A stretch of DNA of 64,000 nt from Fonticella tunisiensis (GCF_004364155.1 NZ_SOAZ01000007.1:65167-129166); one strand, 5' to 3'; numbered from the stretch's first letter, positions 26,721-38,399 are shown. Notes: generated by a model not told the origin, from the sequence alone. Program-made: numbers and translations.

Positions 26721-28160
26721 TTAATTAATGCCTTCCTTGTTTTTCTCAACCAATATGTTTGAATGCCCCCCAAACTTTGTAATATCAGTTATTGGCTCAT
26801 TAAGCTCCCTTGAGAGTATATCGACTATCCTGGTTGAACAAAAACCTGACTGGCATCTTCCCATTCCACATCTTGTTCTTCTTTTGACTGCATCAAGGGT
26901 TCTTGCACCAAGCGGCCTTCTTATTGCCTCAAGCACCTCTCCCTCAGTAACGGTTTCACACCTGCATACGATTTTTCCATAGGAAGGATTTTCTTTAATA
27001 ATTTCCCTTCTTTCATCGTTTGTAAGCTCCCTGAACTTTTTAATGGCCTTTCTTATGGGATTAAAATCCTTCTTCATTTCTGGATTAAGCTTTTGAATTA
27101 CAATTCCCTCAACCATTCTGGCAATGGCAGGTGCACTTGTAAGTCCAGGTGATTCTATTCCTGCAGCGTTTATAAAGTTTTCTGCATCATCGGCCTCCCC
27201 AATTATAAAATCCTCCTTTGTGCACCTTGCTCTAAGGCCTGCAAAGGAAGTGATTATTTTATCCGTTGGAATGCATTTCACACTCCTTTTGGCAACTCTT
27301 AAAACCTCGTTAAGTCCCTCTCTCGTTGTGCTCACATCCTCCTTATCCTCAACATCAACTGCATTTGGTCCCACGAGAAGGTTTCCATCTATTGTAGGGG
27401 CTACAAGTATTCCCTTACCAAGGGCAGTTGGAAGCTGAAATACTGTGGTTTTAACCATATCCCCAACGGATTTATCAAATACACAGTACTCCCCTCGCCT
27501 TGGAATTATCTTTATTTTATTCTTACTTACCATGTTATTTATCTCATCGGCGTAGACTCCTGCAGCATTTATAACCATTTTCGTTTTAATCACTTCATTT
27601 ATAGTCTCAATCTCATAAAAGTTTTCCTTTTTAACTATGTTTAATACCCTCGAATTTAACTTAAACTCTACCCCGTTTTCTGCTGCATTTTCAGCAAGTG
27701 CTATAGTCATTTCATATGGACAAACTATTCCTGCCGTTTCAGCATAAAGTGCTGCAACAACCTCATCTGAAAGATTTGGCTCCATCTTCATAAGTTCATC
27801 CTTATAAATTATCCTAAGCCCTGGTATTCCATTTTTCCTTCCCTGGTCTAAAAGCTTTTCAAGCCCCTTAATTTCTTCATGGCTGAAACATATTACGATT
27901 GAACCGTTTCTTCTAAATGGGAATTCAAGTTCCTCCGCAAGCTTATCATACATTGGATTACCAAGTGCATTTAGCTTTGCCTTGAGGGTTCCTGGCTTTG
28001 CATCGTAGCCTGCATGTATAATTGCACTGTTTGCCCTTGTGGTACCACAGGCAACATCGCTTTCCTTTTCCAAAACACAAATATCAAGCTTATACCTTGC
28101 AAGCTCTCTGGCAATTGAACACCCTACTACTCCAGAACCAATTATTGTAATATCAAACAT
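26721..28160 (-). CDS. FAD-dependent glycerol-3-phosphate dehydrogenase/oxidase, GlpA-like with C-terminal BFD-like [2Fe-2S] domain
   Basis: N-terminal IIGSGVVGCSIAREL. C-terminal CRCETVTEGE...CGMGRCQ. The start at 28160 carries a GGGAGGG RBS. The longer ORF-track start would overlap the upstream hairpin. Confidence 0.7.
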   Translation of the reverse strand: MFDITIIGSGVVGCSIARELARYKLDICVLEKESDVACGTTRANSAIIHAGYDAKPGTLKAKLNALGNPMYDKLAEELEFPFRRNGSIVICFSHEEIKGLEKLLDQGRKNGIPGLRIIYKDELMKMEPNLSDEVVAALYAETAGIVCPYEMTIALAENAAENGVEFKLNSRVLNIVKKENFYEIETINEVIKTKMVINAAGVYADEINNMVSKNKIKIIPRRGEYCVFDKSVGDMVKTTVFQLPTALGKGILVAPTIDGNLLVGPNAVDVEDKEDVSTTREGLNEVLRVAKRSVKCIPTDKIITSFAGLRARCTKEDFIIGEADDAENFINAAGIESPGLTSAPAIARMVEGIVIQKLNPEMKKDFNPIRKAIKKFRELTNDERREIIKENPSYGKIVCRCETVTEGEVLEAIRRPLGARTLDAVKRRTRCGMGRCQSGFCSTRIVDILSRELNEPITDITKFGGHSNILVEKNKEGIN

Positions 28161-28181
28161 GTAATCCCTCCCCATGCAAAA

Positions 28182-28220
28182 GGCCATTATTTAAGAACTC
28201 AGGTCCTTAAATAATGGCTC
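28182..28220 (-). promoter_or_regulatory. Operon-internal hairpin (candidate GlpP antitermination target or attenuator) just 5' of the glpA-like gene
   Basis: 13-bp perfect arms gccattatttaag / cttaaataatggc followed by TTTT on the minus strand. Confidence 0.4.
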
Positions 28221-28287
28221 TCCTGTACTTGGCCTTTATTTAAAATCTATTAAATATTATCATATATATAATTATTACAAAATAAAC

Positions 28288-28992
28288 TTAGAATAATCCA
28301 TTAAATATAAGTGCCCCTACTAATCCCCCGAGTATGGGAGCTATAACTGGAATCCAGGCATATCCCCAATCTGAATCTCCCTTTCCTGGAATAGGAAGTA
28401 CCGCATGGGCTATACGCGGCCCAAGGTCCCTTGCAGGATTAATTGCATAACCAGTGGGTCCGCCAAGTGCAAGACCTATTACCCAGATTAAGAGGCCAAC
28501 TGCCAGCGTTCCAAGGCCATCTGCCATCTTAACAGTTCCAAGCCCTAGAATGCCAAATACAAGTATGAAGGTTCCTATGAATTCTGATATGAAGTTTGCA
28601 CCTGTGCTTCTAATTGCAGGACCTGTACAGAATACAGCAAGTTTTGAAGCCTTATCCTCAGTTGCCGACCAGTGTGGAAGATAATGGAGATATACAATAA
28701 CTGCACCAAGAAATGCACCTATCATCTGCCCAGCTATATAAGTTGGAACCTCTGCCCACGGGAACTTTCCTATGGCTGCAAGTCCTATGGTAAGGGCCGG
28801 GTTAAAGTGAGCACCGCTTATCCCACCGAAAATGAATGCAGGAATTGCAACTGCAAATGCCCAACCAGTAGTTATAACTATCCATCCACTACTATTACCC
28901 TTTGTCTTTCCAAGAACTACGTTGGCAACAACACCGTCGCCAAGAATTATAAGTATCATGGTACCTATGACTTCTCCCAGAAAATGTGACAT
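28288..28992 (-). CDS. glpF: Glycerol uptake facilitator (MIP/aquaporin family)
   Basis: 234 aa. Two NPA motifs (HFNPALT and INPARD). Confidence 0.85.
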   Translation of the reverse strand: MSHFLGEVIGTMILIILGDGVVANVVLGKTKGNSSGWIVITTGWAFAVAIPAFIFGGISGAHFNPALTIGLAAIGKFPWAEVPTYIAGQMIGAFLGAVIVYLHYLPHWSATEDKASKLAVFCTGPAIRSTGANFISEFIGTFILVFGILGLGTVKMADGLGTLAVGLLIWVIGLALGGPTGYAINPARDLGPRIAHAVLPIPGKGDSDWGYAWIPVIAPILGGLVGALIFNGLF

Positions 28993-29009
28993 CTATACCC
29001 CTCCCTGAT

Positions 29010-30624
<1,615 letters not shown>

Positions 30625-30658
30625 AAAAATTTATTCGGAATTTTTAAAATATTATGTT

Positions 30659-31222
30659 TTATAAATCCCATAAATTCGTGCTGCTTGTTGATACCGCAAT
30701 GGCACCCATAGAAAGGCACTCAAGTACATCCTTTTTAGTTTTTATAAGTCCACCTGCTATTATAGGAAGTGAAACCCTGTCTTCAATTGAATTAATTATT
30801 CTGCTTGCAATACCGGGCAATACTTCTATTGCATCGGGCATATGGTCCTTCATATTTTTAATTCCCGTATCCAGCGAGAGGGAGTCTAATATAAATATTC
30901 TTTGAATTACTATAAGTCCAAGGTTTCTAGCATGCCTTACATTGCTGACCTTTGTTGTTATAATTCCATTCGGATTAGCCTCTTTTTTTATGTACTCAAG
31001 ACCAAGTGCATCACCCTTTAACCCCTCTATCATATCGATGTGGATGAATATTATTTTACCTGCTTCCCTGAGCCTGTTACATATGCCCTTTATATTAAGT
31101 AAATTCCCATAGAGAACGAAAACTATTTTAGGCTTTCCACTGCATGCATCTTCCAGTTGAGCATCGTTCCTTATTGCTGCAATAACAGGATTTTCAACTA
31201 AAATTTCCTCTAAATCCTGCAT
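30659..31222 (-). CDS. glpP: Glycerol-3-phosphate-responsive antiterminator GlpP
   Basis: 187 aa. Collinear with B. subtilis GlpP (IHIDMIEGL, GIITTK, LDSLSLDTG, PGI...IAGGLI). Confidence 0.8.
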   Translation of the reverse strand: MQDLEEILVENPVIAAIRNDAQLEDACSGKPKIVFVLYGNLLNIKGICNRLREAGKIIFIHIDMIEGLKGDALGLEYIKKEANPNGIITTKVSNVRHARNLGLIVIQRIFILDSLSLDTGIKNMKDHMPDAIEVLPGIASRIINSIEDRVSLPIIAGGLIKTKKDVLECLSMGAIAVSTSSTNLWDL

Positions 31223-31413
31223 AAATCCCCCACCTTTATTTTTTTCTTATATTATTTACTACTTTTTCTAGATAAATATAACATTAAAGTTATAGCTTTA
31301 CAATATATCTGGATAAAATATTCAATATTGTTCATGTGATTCCATAGCCATTAAATCAATTTTAATAACATCTTCCATATTCTCAATGAAAGCATCGAGT
31401 TCTATATTACAGT

Positions 31414-31448
31414 AAAAACCCGGCTCTACTTTAGGAGCCGGGTTTTTA
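31414..31448. terminator. Bidirectional terminator
   Basis: aaaaacccggctctactttaggagccgggttttt. Confidence 0.65.
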
Positions 31449-31471
31449 TATATTTATCAATAGGGGGGTAT

Positions 31472-32263
31472 TTATGCAAGAAGTAACCTATCGCTTAAAT
31501 CATCAGGATGTGTCTTTTCAAATAATTTCAAAAGGCTTTCTTTTGTCAGTCCCTTCTTTTTGTCTCCTTTGATATCAAGTATTATACTTCCCCTGTGCAT
31601 CATAATAATCCTGTTTCCAAGGTCTATTGCATGGTGAAGGTTATGGGTTACCATAAGGGTAGTTATCTTTCTACTTTGAACTATATCCTGAGTTATCTCT
31701 ATTATTCTCTCAGATGTTGCAGGGTCAAGGGCAGCTGTGTGTTCATCCAAAAGAAGTATTTCGGGATCTGACATTGTAGCCATTATAAGGGATAGTGCCT
31801 GCCTTTGCCCTCCGGACAAAAGCCCAACCTTCACATTGAGCTTATCCTCAAGTCCAAGATTAAGCTGAGATAAAATTTCCCTAAAGTGGGATATATTCCT
31901 TTTTGAAACCCCAAAGGTTAGCCCAAACCTCTTTCCCTTGTTAAAGGCCATTGACAGATTCTCAAGAATGGTCATCGAAGGTGAAGTCCCCATTGCAGGG
32001 TTTTGGAATACTCTTCCTATAAATCTTGAACGTTTAAACTCAGGAAGATTTGATATTTCCTTTCCATTTAAAACTATTGAGCCTTCGTCCACCTCAATTG
32101 CTCCTGATATAGCGTTTAAAAGGGTTGACTTTCCTGCTCCATTGCTGCCAATTACTGTTATAAAATCACCTTCATCAATGTTTAGGGACAAACCATTTAT
32201 AACAACGTTTTCGTTAACCGTACCCCTGTTATAAACCTTACGCAGATTTTGCATTTGCAGCAT
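31472..32263 (-). CDS. ABC transporter ATP-binding protein
   Basis: Walker A GSNGAGKST, signature LSGGQRQ and Walker B LLLDE. Confidence 0.8.
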   Translation of the reverse strand: MLQMQNLRKVYNRGTVNENVVINGLSLNIDEGDFITVIGSNGAGKSTLLNAISGAIEVDEGSIVLNGKEISNLPEFKRSRFIGRVFQNPAMGTSPSMTILENLSMAFNKGKRFGLTFGVSKRNISHFREILSQLNLGLEDKLNVKVGLLSGGQRQALSLIMATMSDPEILLLDEHTAALDPATSERIIEITQDIVQSRKITTLMVTHNLHHAIDLGNRIIMMHRGSIILDIKGDKKKGLTKESLLKLFEKTHPDDLSDRLLLA

Positions 32264-33155
32264 TTGAATCCCCTCCCCTTGATATTACACGCTTTAAAGT
32301 AGTCCCTATCCTCTTATTGCTTAATCCAAGTGCAATGACAACTATTATAGATGTTATAAGCTTCAAATCCGTTGGAGGGAATCCAAGCTCTAAAGCAATA
32401 GAAGTGCTTGCCTTATACATAATAGCACCTGCAAGAACCATTGTAGAAGGCGAAATCAATGAAAATCTTTTTAAAACGCTCTCTCCAAATATAATGGATG
32501 CAAGTCCCATTACAATAATTCCGCTTCCCATTCCAACGTCTGAAAACCTCTGATACTGTGCCATTATTGATCCTGAAAGGGACACAAGTCCATTAGAAAG
32601 TGCAAGGCCAAGTATTTTAATTAACCCTATATCTATTCCAAGGGAGACTACAATGCCCGGGTTGTCACCAGTTGCTCTTAAAACAAATCCAATCTTTGTT
32701 TTAAGAAACAAATCCAATATTAGCTTTACACCTATTGCAATAACTAAAACTATAACTATTTTAGGGCTGCTGCCTGTAAATATAGTTTCTTTGTTAAAAA
32801 AGGGAAGGTTTGCCTTTCCCATTATCCTCAAGTTGATGGAATAGAGCCCAATCATCACTAAAATACCTGAAAGCAGGTTTGTTATTCCAAGTTTTACGTG
32901 TAAAAATCCTGTTACAGCACCTGCCAGTATCCCTGCAAGTAATGATAGTGTGCAGGCTGTTATTGGATTTATGCCCTTTACAAGGGAGGCTGCCGTAACA
33001 GCTGCTCCAAGGGCAAAAGTGCCGTCCACCGATAGATCTGGAAAATCCAGTGTTCTATAGGTGATATACACCCCAAGTGCCATTATTCCAAAAATAAACC
33101 CCTGCTCCAGCACTACACCTATAAGTCCTGACATGCTACTTTCCTCCTTTAACAA
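32238..33155 (-). CDS. ABC transporter permease (partner of the PF04392-type binding protein)
   Basis: 305 aa, about 8-10 TM segments. Overlaps both neighbouring genes. Confidence 0.7.
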   Translation of the reverse strand: MLKEESSMSGLIGVVLEQGFIFGIMALGVYITYRTLDFPDLSVDGTFALGAAVTAASLVKGINPITACTLSLLAGILAGAVTGFLHVKLGITNLLSGILVMIGLYSINLRIMGKANLPFFNKETIFTGSSPKIVIVLVIAIGVKLILDLFLKTKIGFVLRATGDNPGIVVSLGIDIGLIKILGLALSNGLVSLSGSIMAQYQRFSDVGMGSGIIVMGLASIIFGESVLKRFSLISPSTMVLAGAIMYKASTSIALELGFPPTDLKLITSIIVVIALGLSNKRIGTTLKRVISRGGDSNAANAKSA

Positions 33156-34146
33156 GCTCCGCCTTATCCTTTAATTCCTGTGGAATTGTAATTCCAAGCT
33201 TATCAGCAGTTTCAGTATTGATTATTAGCTTTGTATCCTTAAGGGTAGTTACCGGCATATCCTGAGGTCTCTTGCCGTTTATTACTTCTACTGCTGCAAG
33301 ACCTGTCTGGAATCCAAGGTTATAATAGTCAATACCTTCTGTAGCAAGAGCTCCTGAATTTACCATGCCTGCTTCTGCCGCTATTACGGGGATTTTAGCC
33401 TCAACACATTTACTTGATATCAATGCCATTGATGATGCAATAACGTTGTCAGTGGGAGCGTATAAAACATCTACTTTCTTTAAAAGAGCCTCAAGCGCCT
33501 GAGAAATATCATTAACGTTTGTAATTCCTGAGGTTACTATCTCAAATCCAAAATCAGGTGCTATCTTCTTCGCCTGTTCCGCCTGAACCTCCGAATTACT
33601 TTCACTTGTATTGTATAATATACCTACCTTTTTTGCGTTTGGAACAAGCTTTTTAATGAGTTCAAACTGTTTCTCAATCGGGGCTGCATCGCTCGTACCT
33701 GTGACATTCGTCTCTGACTTTTCCATAGATTTTACAAGCCCTGCAGATACCGGATCTGTAACAGCTGTTATTAATATTGGAATGTCCTTTGTAGCGTTAA
33801 AAGCAGCCTGTGCAGCTGGAGTTGCAATTGCAAGTATCATATCCTTTTTCTCTGAAACAAAATTTTGAGCTATGGTCTGGGAGGTTGGAATGTCTCCCTG
33901 AGCGTTTTGAAAATCTATCTCTATATTATTGCCATCCTTAAAGCCCTTTGATTTAAGTGCGTCGATAAAACCTTTCCTTGCTGAATCCAATGCAGGGTGT
34001 TCCACAAGCTGTGAGATACCAATTTTGACGATTTTATCTTGTGTTGAATTTGATGAACCAGATTTAACTTTACTGCAGCTCACCATAAGAAATGAAGCTA
34101 AAAGAACAATAAGAGTTGTGATTTTGAAAATGTTTTTACCTACCAT
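33136..34146 (-). CDS. ABC transporter substrate-binding lipoprotein, ABC_sub_bind (PF04392-like) family
   Basis: Signal peptide with LMVSCS lipobox. The family is known from T-box-regulated Trp-type importers in Firmicutes. Confidence 0.65.
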   Translation of the reverse strand: MVGKNIFKITTLIVLLASFLMVSCSKVKSGSSNSTQDKIVKIGISQLVEHPALDSARKGFIDALKSKGFKDGNNIEIDFQNAQGDIPTSQTIAQNFVSEKKDMILAIATPAAQAAFNATKDIPILITAVTDPVSAGLVKSMEKSETNVTGTSDAAPIEKQFELIKKLVPNAKKVGILYNTSESNSEVQAEQAKKIAPDFGFEIVTSGITNVNDISQALEALLKKVDVLYAPTDNVIASSMALISSKCVEAKIPVIAAEAGMVNSGALATEGIDYYNLGFQTGLAAVEVINGKRPQDMPVTTLKDTKLIINTETADKLGITIPQELKDKAELVKGGK

Positions 34147-34368
34147 ACTACCATCCTCCTAAAAATTTTATATAATAAAAAAACCCTCCAGAGGAGAGTT
34201 TATAAACATATGGATCAATATCCCATGAGGGGAGAGCTATCTCCTTCTATACTGCTAAACTACCATACTACATTTGAACCTATACTACAAAACTACACCA
34301 ATACCTTCCAAAGTGTTATTTAAATATAATTATATAACCTTTATGTTCAAAATTCAAGTGTATTTTTA
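34147..34368 (-). promoter_or_regulatory. Leader with a cluster of 8 UAG triplets and an intrinsic terminator (terminator at 34176-34203)
   Basis: Minus-strand RNA reads TAGttttgTAGtaTAGgttcaaatgTAGtatggTAGttTAGcagtaTAGaaggagaTAG. Then the hairpin ccctccagaggagag... followed by TTTTTTT directly upstream of the binding-protein RBS. Confidence 0.55.
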
Positions 34369-34785
34369 TTAATTTTCCGGAATTGATCTATGGCCAAGCC
34401 CTATAACAACCTCGTTTAAGTGAAGAAGGCCAATACTCATAAAAATACATACGCTTATATGTTCTCCACACCTTGCTATACCTATTTTGCCTCCAACGTT
34501 AAGACCATTTGCCTTTGCAGCTACCTGCATTATTGCCTCCCTGGCGGCACCTGCAACAGCGCCGTCGTGTACATGGCACTCCTTTGTAATTCCACTTCTT
34601 CTTGAGGCCACAAGAGCTCTTTCGATTATCTTTGGTATTGAAGAGATGAGATCCCCTCCAAAATCAACTGCAGCAGTCAAGATTCCCTTTTCCCTAAAAT
34701 CCTCAATTAGCCTTTGTTCATCTTCCCTTGAGGATATAGCCATTTTAATCGACGCCTTTGCGATATCAATGCTATCCCACTTCAT
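34369..34785 (-). CDS. hutP: HutP-family RNA-binding antiterminator
   Basis: About 138 aa. Collinear with B. subtilis HutP (glycine-rich, HxH...AxxAxxE pattern). Confidence 0.6.
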   Translation of the reverse strand: MKWDSIDIAKASIKMAISSREDEQRLIEDFREKGILTAAVDFGGDLISSIPKIIERALVASRRSGITKECHVHDGAVAGAAREAIMQVAAKANGLNVGGKIGIARCGEHISVCIFMSIGLLHLNEVVIGLGHRSIPEN

Positions 34786-34938
34786 TTTTCCACCTCCGTT
34801 TTTATTCAACAGTTTAATTATACAATATTTCCATTAAACATTTTGCATTTTTGGTTAATAAATTATTTCAAACAATAACAAAAGAGCCCGAAGGCTCTTT
34901 TAAAACAATTACTATTGATATATGAAATTATGAGTTGA

Positions 34939-35400
34939 TTATAGACATCTTATTAGATTTGCCATCTCAATAGCCGTAACTGCTGCATCATAACCCTTGT
35001 TTCCAGCCTTTGTTCCCGCCCTTTCAATTGCCTGCTCTATTGTATCTGTAGTAAGTACCCCGAAAACGACAGGAACTTCCGTTTCAAGGGATACACTTGC
35101 AATTCCCTTTGAAACTTCATTTGAAACATAGTCAAAGTGAGGAGTTGCACCCCTTATAACAGCCCCCAGGCATATAACTCCATCGTACTTGCCTGACTTT
35201 GCCATTTTCTTTGCAATAAGTGGTATTTCAAAGGCTCCAGGAACCCATGCAATTTCAATGTTATCATCATCTACTCCATGTCGCTTTAAAGCATCGATGG
35301 CACCTGATAACAGCTTGCTTCCAATAAACTCATTAAATCTTCCAACTATTATACCAAACTTCAAACCTTGGGCAACTAATTTTCCTTCATAAATTTTCAT
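34939..35400 (-). CDS. ribH: 6,7-dimethyl-8-ribityllumazine synthase
   Basis: 153 aa. [10 protein letters not shown]...GAFEIP canonical RibH. Confidence 0.9.
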   Translation of the reverse strand: MKIYEGKLVAQGLKFGIIVGRFNEFIGSKLLSGAIDALKRHGVDDDNIEIAWVPGAFEIPLIAKKMAKSGKYDGVICLGAVIRGATPHFDYVSNEVSKGIASVSLETEVPVVFGVLTTDTIEQAIERAGTKAGNKGYDAAVTAIEMANLIRCL

Positions 35401-35401
35401 T

Positions 35402-36613
35402 TTACTTTGCCTCCTTAAAAACTAACATATGTCCCATTTTTTCTTTCTTTGTTCTTAAATAGTATTCATTTCTTTCATTATGGTTCATTTGAATAGGAAT
35501 CCTTTCAACTATTTCAATTCCATAGCCTGAAAGCCCTGAAAGTTTCTTTGGGTTATTGGTCATAAGCCTTATTTTTTTAACTCCAAGGTCAGCAAGTATC
35601 TGCGCCCCAATTCCATAGTCCCTCATATCCTCAGGGAATCCAAGTGCCAAGTTTGCCTCAACTGTATCAAGTCCCTGGTCCTGAAGAGCATATGCCCTGA
35701 GCTTATTAATAAGTCCTATACCTCTCCCCTCCTGGCGCATGTACAAAAGAACACCTCTGCCTTCATCATTGATTTTCTTCATTGCAGCTGCGTACTGTTC
35801 TCCGCAGTCGCACCTTAAGGAACCGAAGGCATCTCCAGTTAGACATTCTGAGTGGACTCTTACAAGCACAGGTTTTCCATCTGAAACATCACCCTTAACC
35901 AGAGCAACATGATGCTCACCGTTTAAAATATTTTCATATCCAATTATTCTAAATTCACCGTATTTAGTTGGCATATTTGCCTCTGCAACACGTTTTACCA
36001 GGACTTCGTTTTTTCTTCTATAGGCAATTAAATCAGCAATGGTTATCATTTTAAGATTATGTTCCTTTACATATTCTATAAGCTGAGGAACTCTCGCCAT
36101 TGTTCCATCTTCATTCATAATTTCACATATTACCCCTGCAGGATATAACCCTGCAAGCCTTGCCAGGTCTACTGCAGCCTCAGTATGTCCTGCCCTTTTT
36201 AAAACTCCACCTTCCCTTGCTTCAAGTGGAAAAACATGCCCCGGCCTTTTAAAATCCCTGTAAGTTGCTTTAGGGTCTAATACCTTCTGTATTGTAAAGG
36301 CTCTTTCATAGGCCGAAATTCCTGTGGCAGTTTCAACTGCATCAATTGAAACTGTAAATGCCGTTCCATGTGAATCGGTATTTTGAACAACCATTGGGCC
36401 AATATTAAGTTCCCTAAGCCTCTCTCCTATTATAGGCATACATATAAGCCCCCTACCGTACTTTGTCATAAAGTTTATGGCTTCAGGGGTTACCATTTCA
36501 GCTGCCATTAGAAGATCTCCCTCATTTTCTCTGTCCTCCTCATCAACAACAACTATCATTTTTCCATTTCTAATGTCTTCAATGGCATCCTCAATTGTGT
36601 TAAACTTGTACAT
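35402..36613 (-). CDS. ribBA: Bifunctional 3,4-dihydroxy-2-butanone-4-phosphate synthase / GTP cyclohydrolase II
   Basis: 403 aa. DHBP synthase N-terminus (RENEGDL) and GTP cyclohydrolase II C-terminus (CxxC...C zinc site, HSECLTGD). Confidence 0.9.
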   Translation of the reverse strand: MYKFNTIEDAIEDIRNGKMIVVVDEEDRENEGDLLMAAEMVTPEAINFMTKYGRGLICMPIIGERLRELNIGPMVVQNTDSHGTAFTVSIDAVETATGISAYERAFTIQKVLDPKATYRDFKRPGHVFPLEAREGGVLKRAGHTEAAVDLARLAGLYPAGVICEIMNEDGTMARVPQLIEYVKEHNLKMITIADLIAYRRKNEVLVKRVAEANMPTKYGEFRIIGYENILNGEHHVALVKGDVSDGKPVLVRVHSECLTGDAFGSLRCDCGEQYAAAMKKINDEGRGVLLYMRQEGRGIGLINKLRAYALQDQGLDTVEANLALGFPEDMRDYGIGAQILADLGVKKIRLMTNNPKKLSGLSGYGIEIVERIPIQMNHNERNEYYLRTKKEKMGHMLVFKEAK

Positions 36614-36630
36614 TTAGTTCACCTCACATT

Positions 36631-37281
36631 TTATATAAATCCATGTTCACTTAGAAAATCAATGTCAATGTCTTTTTTGGCATTTGAAGGCTCTTTAAAC
36701 AATAAAAACCTTTCAACATATTTTCCAATCATGTCGCATTCAAGATTTACCTCATCACCTATGTTTTTTTCAATAAGGGTAGTTACAGCCTTTGTATGGG
36801 GAATAATTGATACCTTAAACATATCGCAATCAACATATGCAGCGGTCAGGCTTACACCATCAATTGATATAGAGCCTTTATAAACAACGTATTTTAATAT
36901 ATCCTGAGGGGCAGCTATGGATATCCATAGGGCATTGTCTTCCTCCTCAAAGTTTTTAATGACTCCAACACCATCGATATGGCCGCTGACAAGATGTCCT
37001 CCTATCCTGTCACCAACTTTCAAAGCCCTTTCAAGGTTGACTCTGCTTCCCCGCATAAGATTCTTTAAATTACTTCTTTTCATGGTCTCAGCCATAACAT
37101 CAACTGTAAAGCTGCTTGAATCAAAGTCCGTTACTGTAAGGCATACACCGTTTGTACTTATACTATCCCCTATCTTTACACCTTCAAGTACCTTCTTTGC
37201 CTTGATTTTAATAACAGCTGATTTTGAGGATTTAATTACAGACTCAACAACACCTACCTCCTCCACCAATCCTGTAAACAT
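36631..37281 (-). CDS. ribE: Riboflavin synthase alpha subunit
   Basis: 216 aa. MFTGLVEE and a duplicated lumazine-binding repeat (GxSLTV..). Confidence 0.9.
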   Translation of the reverse strand: MFTGLVEEVGVVESVIKSSKSAVIKIKAKKVLEGVKIGDSISTNGVCLTVTDFDSSSFTVDVMAETMKRSNLKNLMRGSRVNLERALKVGDRIGGHLVSGHIDGVGVIKNFEEEDNALWISIAAPQDILKYVVYKGSISIDGVSLTAAYVDCDMFKVSIIPHTKAVTTLIEKNIGDEVNLECDMIGKYVERFLLFKEPSNAKKDIDIDFLSEHGFI

Positions 37282-37303
37282 ATCAATTAACCTCCTTAGA
37301 AAT

Positions 37304-38395
37304 TCACAAAATGTATCCTTCTATCATGATGTCCTCACCAAATCTATAAATTTCCATATCCTTCAGTATAATAGCATCCCTTACTAAACCTATGCCCTGT
37401 CCACCTACAGGAGTTTTTGCTTCCCTTCCCCCCAATATTTTTGGTGCTATAAAGAAGTTAACTTTATCAACAATTCCTTCCCTCAGAGCAGCAAAATTTA
37501 GCGTTCCTCCTCCCTCTAAAAGAACGCTGTCTATTTTTCTTTTCCCCAACTCCTTCATCAAATAACATAAGTCAACTTTATCATCTTTTGGAGGAGTCAA
37601 TATAATCTCTGCACCAGTTTCCTGAATGGCTTTTATTTTATCCTTGTCTATAAACTCAGTAGCTGCGATTATTGTTTTTGCTTTTGAATTTCCATGTAAA
37701 ACTTTTGCACTCAAGGGTATTCTCCCCTTGCTGTCAACAACTATTCTTATCGGGTCAATTCCATCAGTATCATCGAGTCTCGTTGTTAAAAGAGGATCAT
37801 CATTAATAATTGTATTTATACCCACCATAATTCCGGACACCCTATGCCTGAGCCTATGGACATATCTTCTTGATAGTTCATTTGAAATCCATTTTGAATC
37901 TCCAGAATATGAAGCTATCTTACCATCCAGTGTCATGGCAGCTTTTAAAATGCAAAATGGAATCTGAGTTGTTATATACTTGATGAAGATTTCATTCAGT
38001 TTTTTTATTTTGTCTTCAAGCACTCCCACTTCAACTTCTATACCATTGCTTTTTAAAATTTCTATACCTTTTCCTGATACAACAGGGTTAGGATCCATCA
38101 TCCCTATTACTACCTTTTTAATCCCCTTTTTAACAATAGCGTTGGCGCAGGGTGGTGTCTTTCCATAATGGGAGCATGGTTCTAAAGTAACATACATGAC
38201 GGCTCCACTAACATTTTCAGTGGCACTATTGAAGGCGTTTATCTCAGCATGATTTTCTCCATATTTTTGATGATATCCCTCGCCTATAATTCTTCCGTTC
38301 TTTACTATAACTGCTCCTACTAAAGGATTCGGTTTTGTAAACCCTTCACTTTTTTTTGCAAGCTCTAAGGCCCTTTCCATATATTCAATATGCAA
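37304..38395 (-). CDS. ribD: Diaminohydroxyphosphoribosylaminopyrimidine deaminase / 5-amino-6-(5-phosphoribosylamino)uracil reductase
   Basis: Deaminase HAE...PCxxC zinc motif plus the reductase domain. Likely TTG start at 38395 with a GGAGGTGA RBS (alternative ATG at 38380). The longer ORF-track start runs into the riboswitch terminator. Confidence 0.85.
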   Translation of the reverse strand: MHIEYMERALELAKKSEGFTKPNPLVGAVIVKNGRIIGEGYHQKYGENHAEINAFNSATENVSGAVMYVTLEPCSHYGKTPPCANAIVKKGIKKVVIGMMDPNPVVSGKGIEILKSNGIEVEVGVLEDKIKKLNEIFIKYITTQIPFCILKAAMTLDGKIASYSGDSKWISNELSRRYVHRLRHRVSGIMVGINTIINDDPLLTTRLDDTDGIDPIRIVVDSKGRIPLSAKVLHGNSKAKTIIAATEFIDKDKIKAIQETGAEIILTPPKDDKVDLCYLMKELGKRKIDSVLLEGGGTLNFAALREGIVDKVNFFIAPKILGGREAKTPVGGQGIGLVRDAIILKDMEIYRFGEDIMIEGYIL

Positions 38396-38399
38396 AATC

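Noticed and set aside
28160-28187. ORF-track start codons at 28187 (glpA1), 30560 (glpK1), 38515 (ribD), 40327 (flippase), 51540 (DJ-1) and 61148 (phoA)
   Set aside because: Each longer N-terminus lacks an RBS and overlaps hairpins or riboswitch sequence. Downstream in-frame starts with strong GGAGG-type RBSs give family-typical N-termini.
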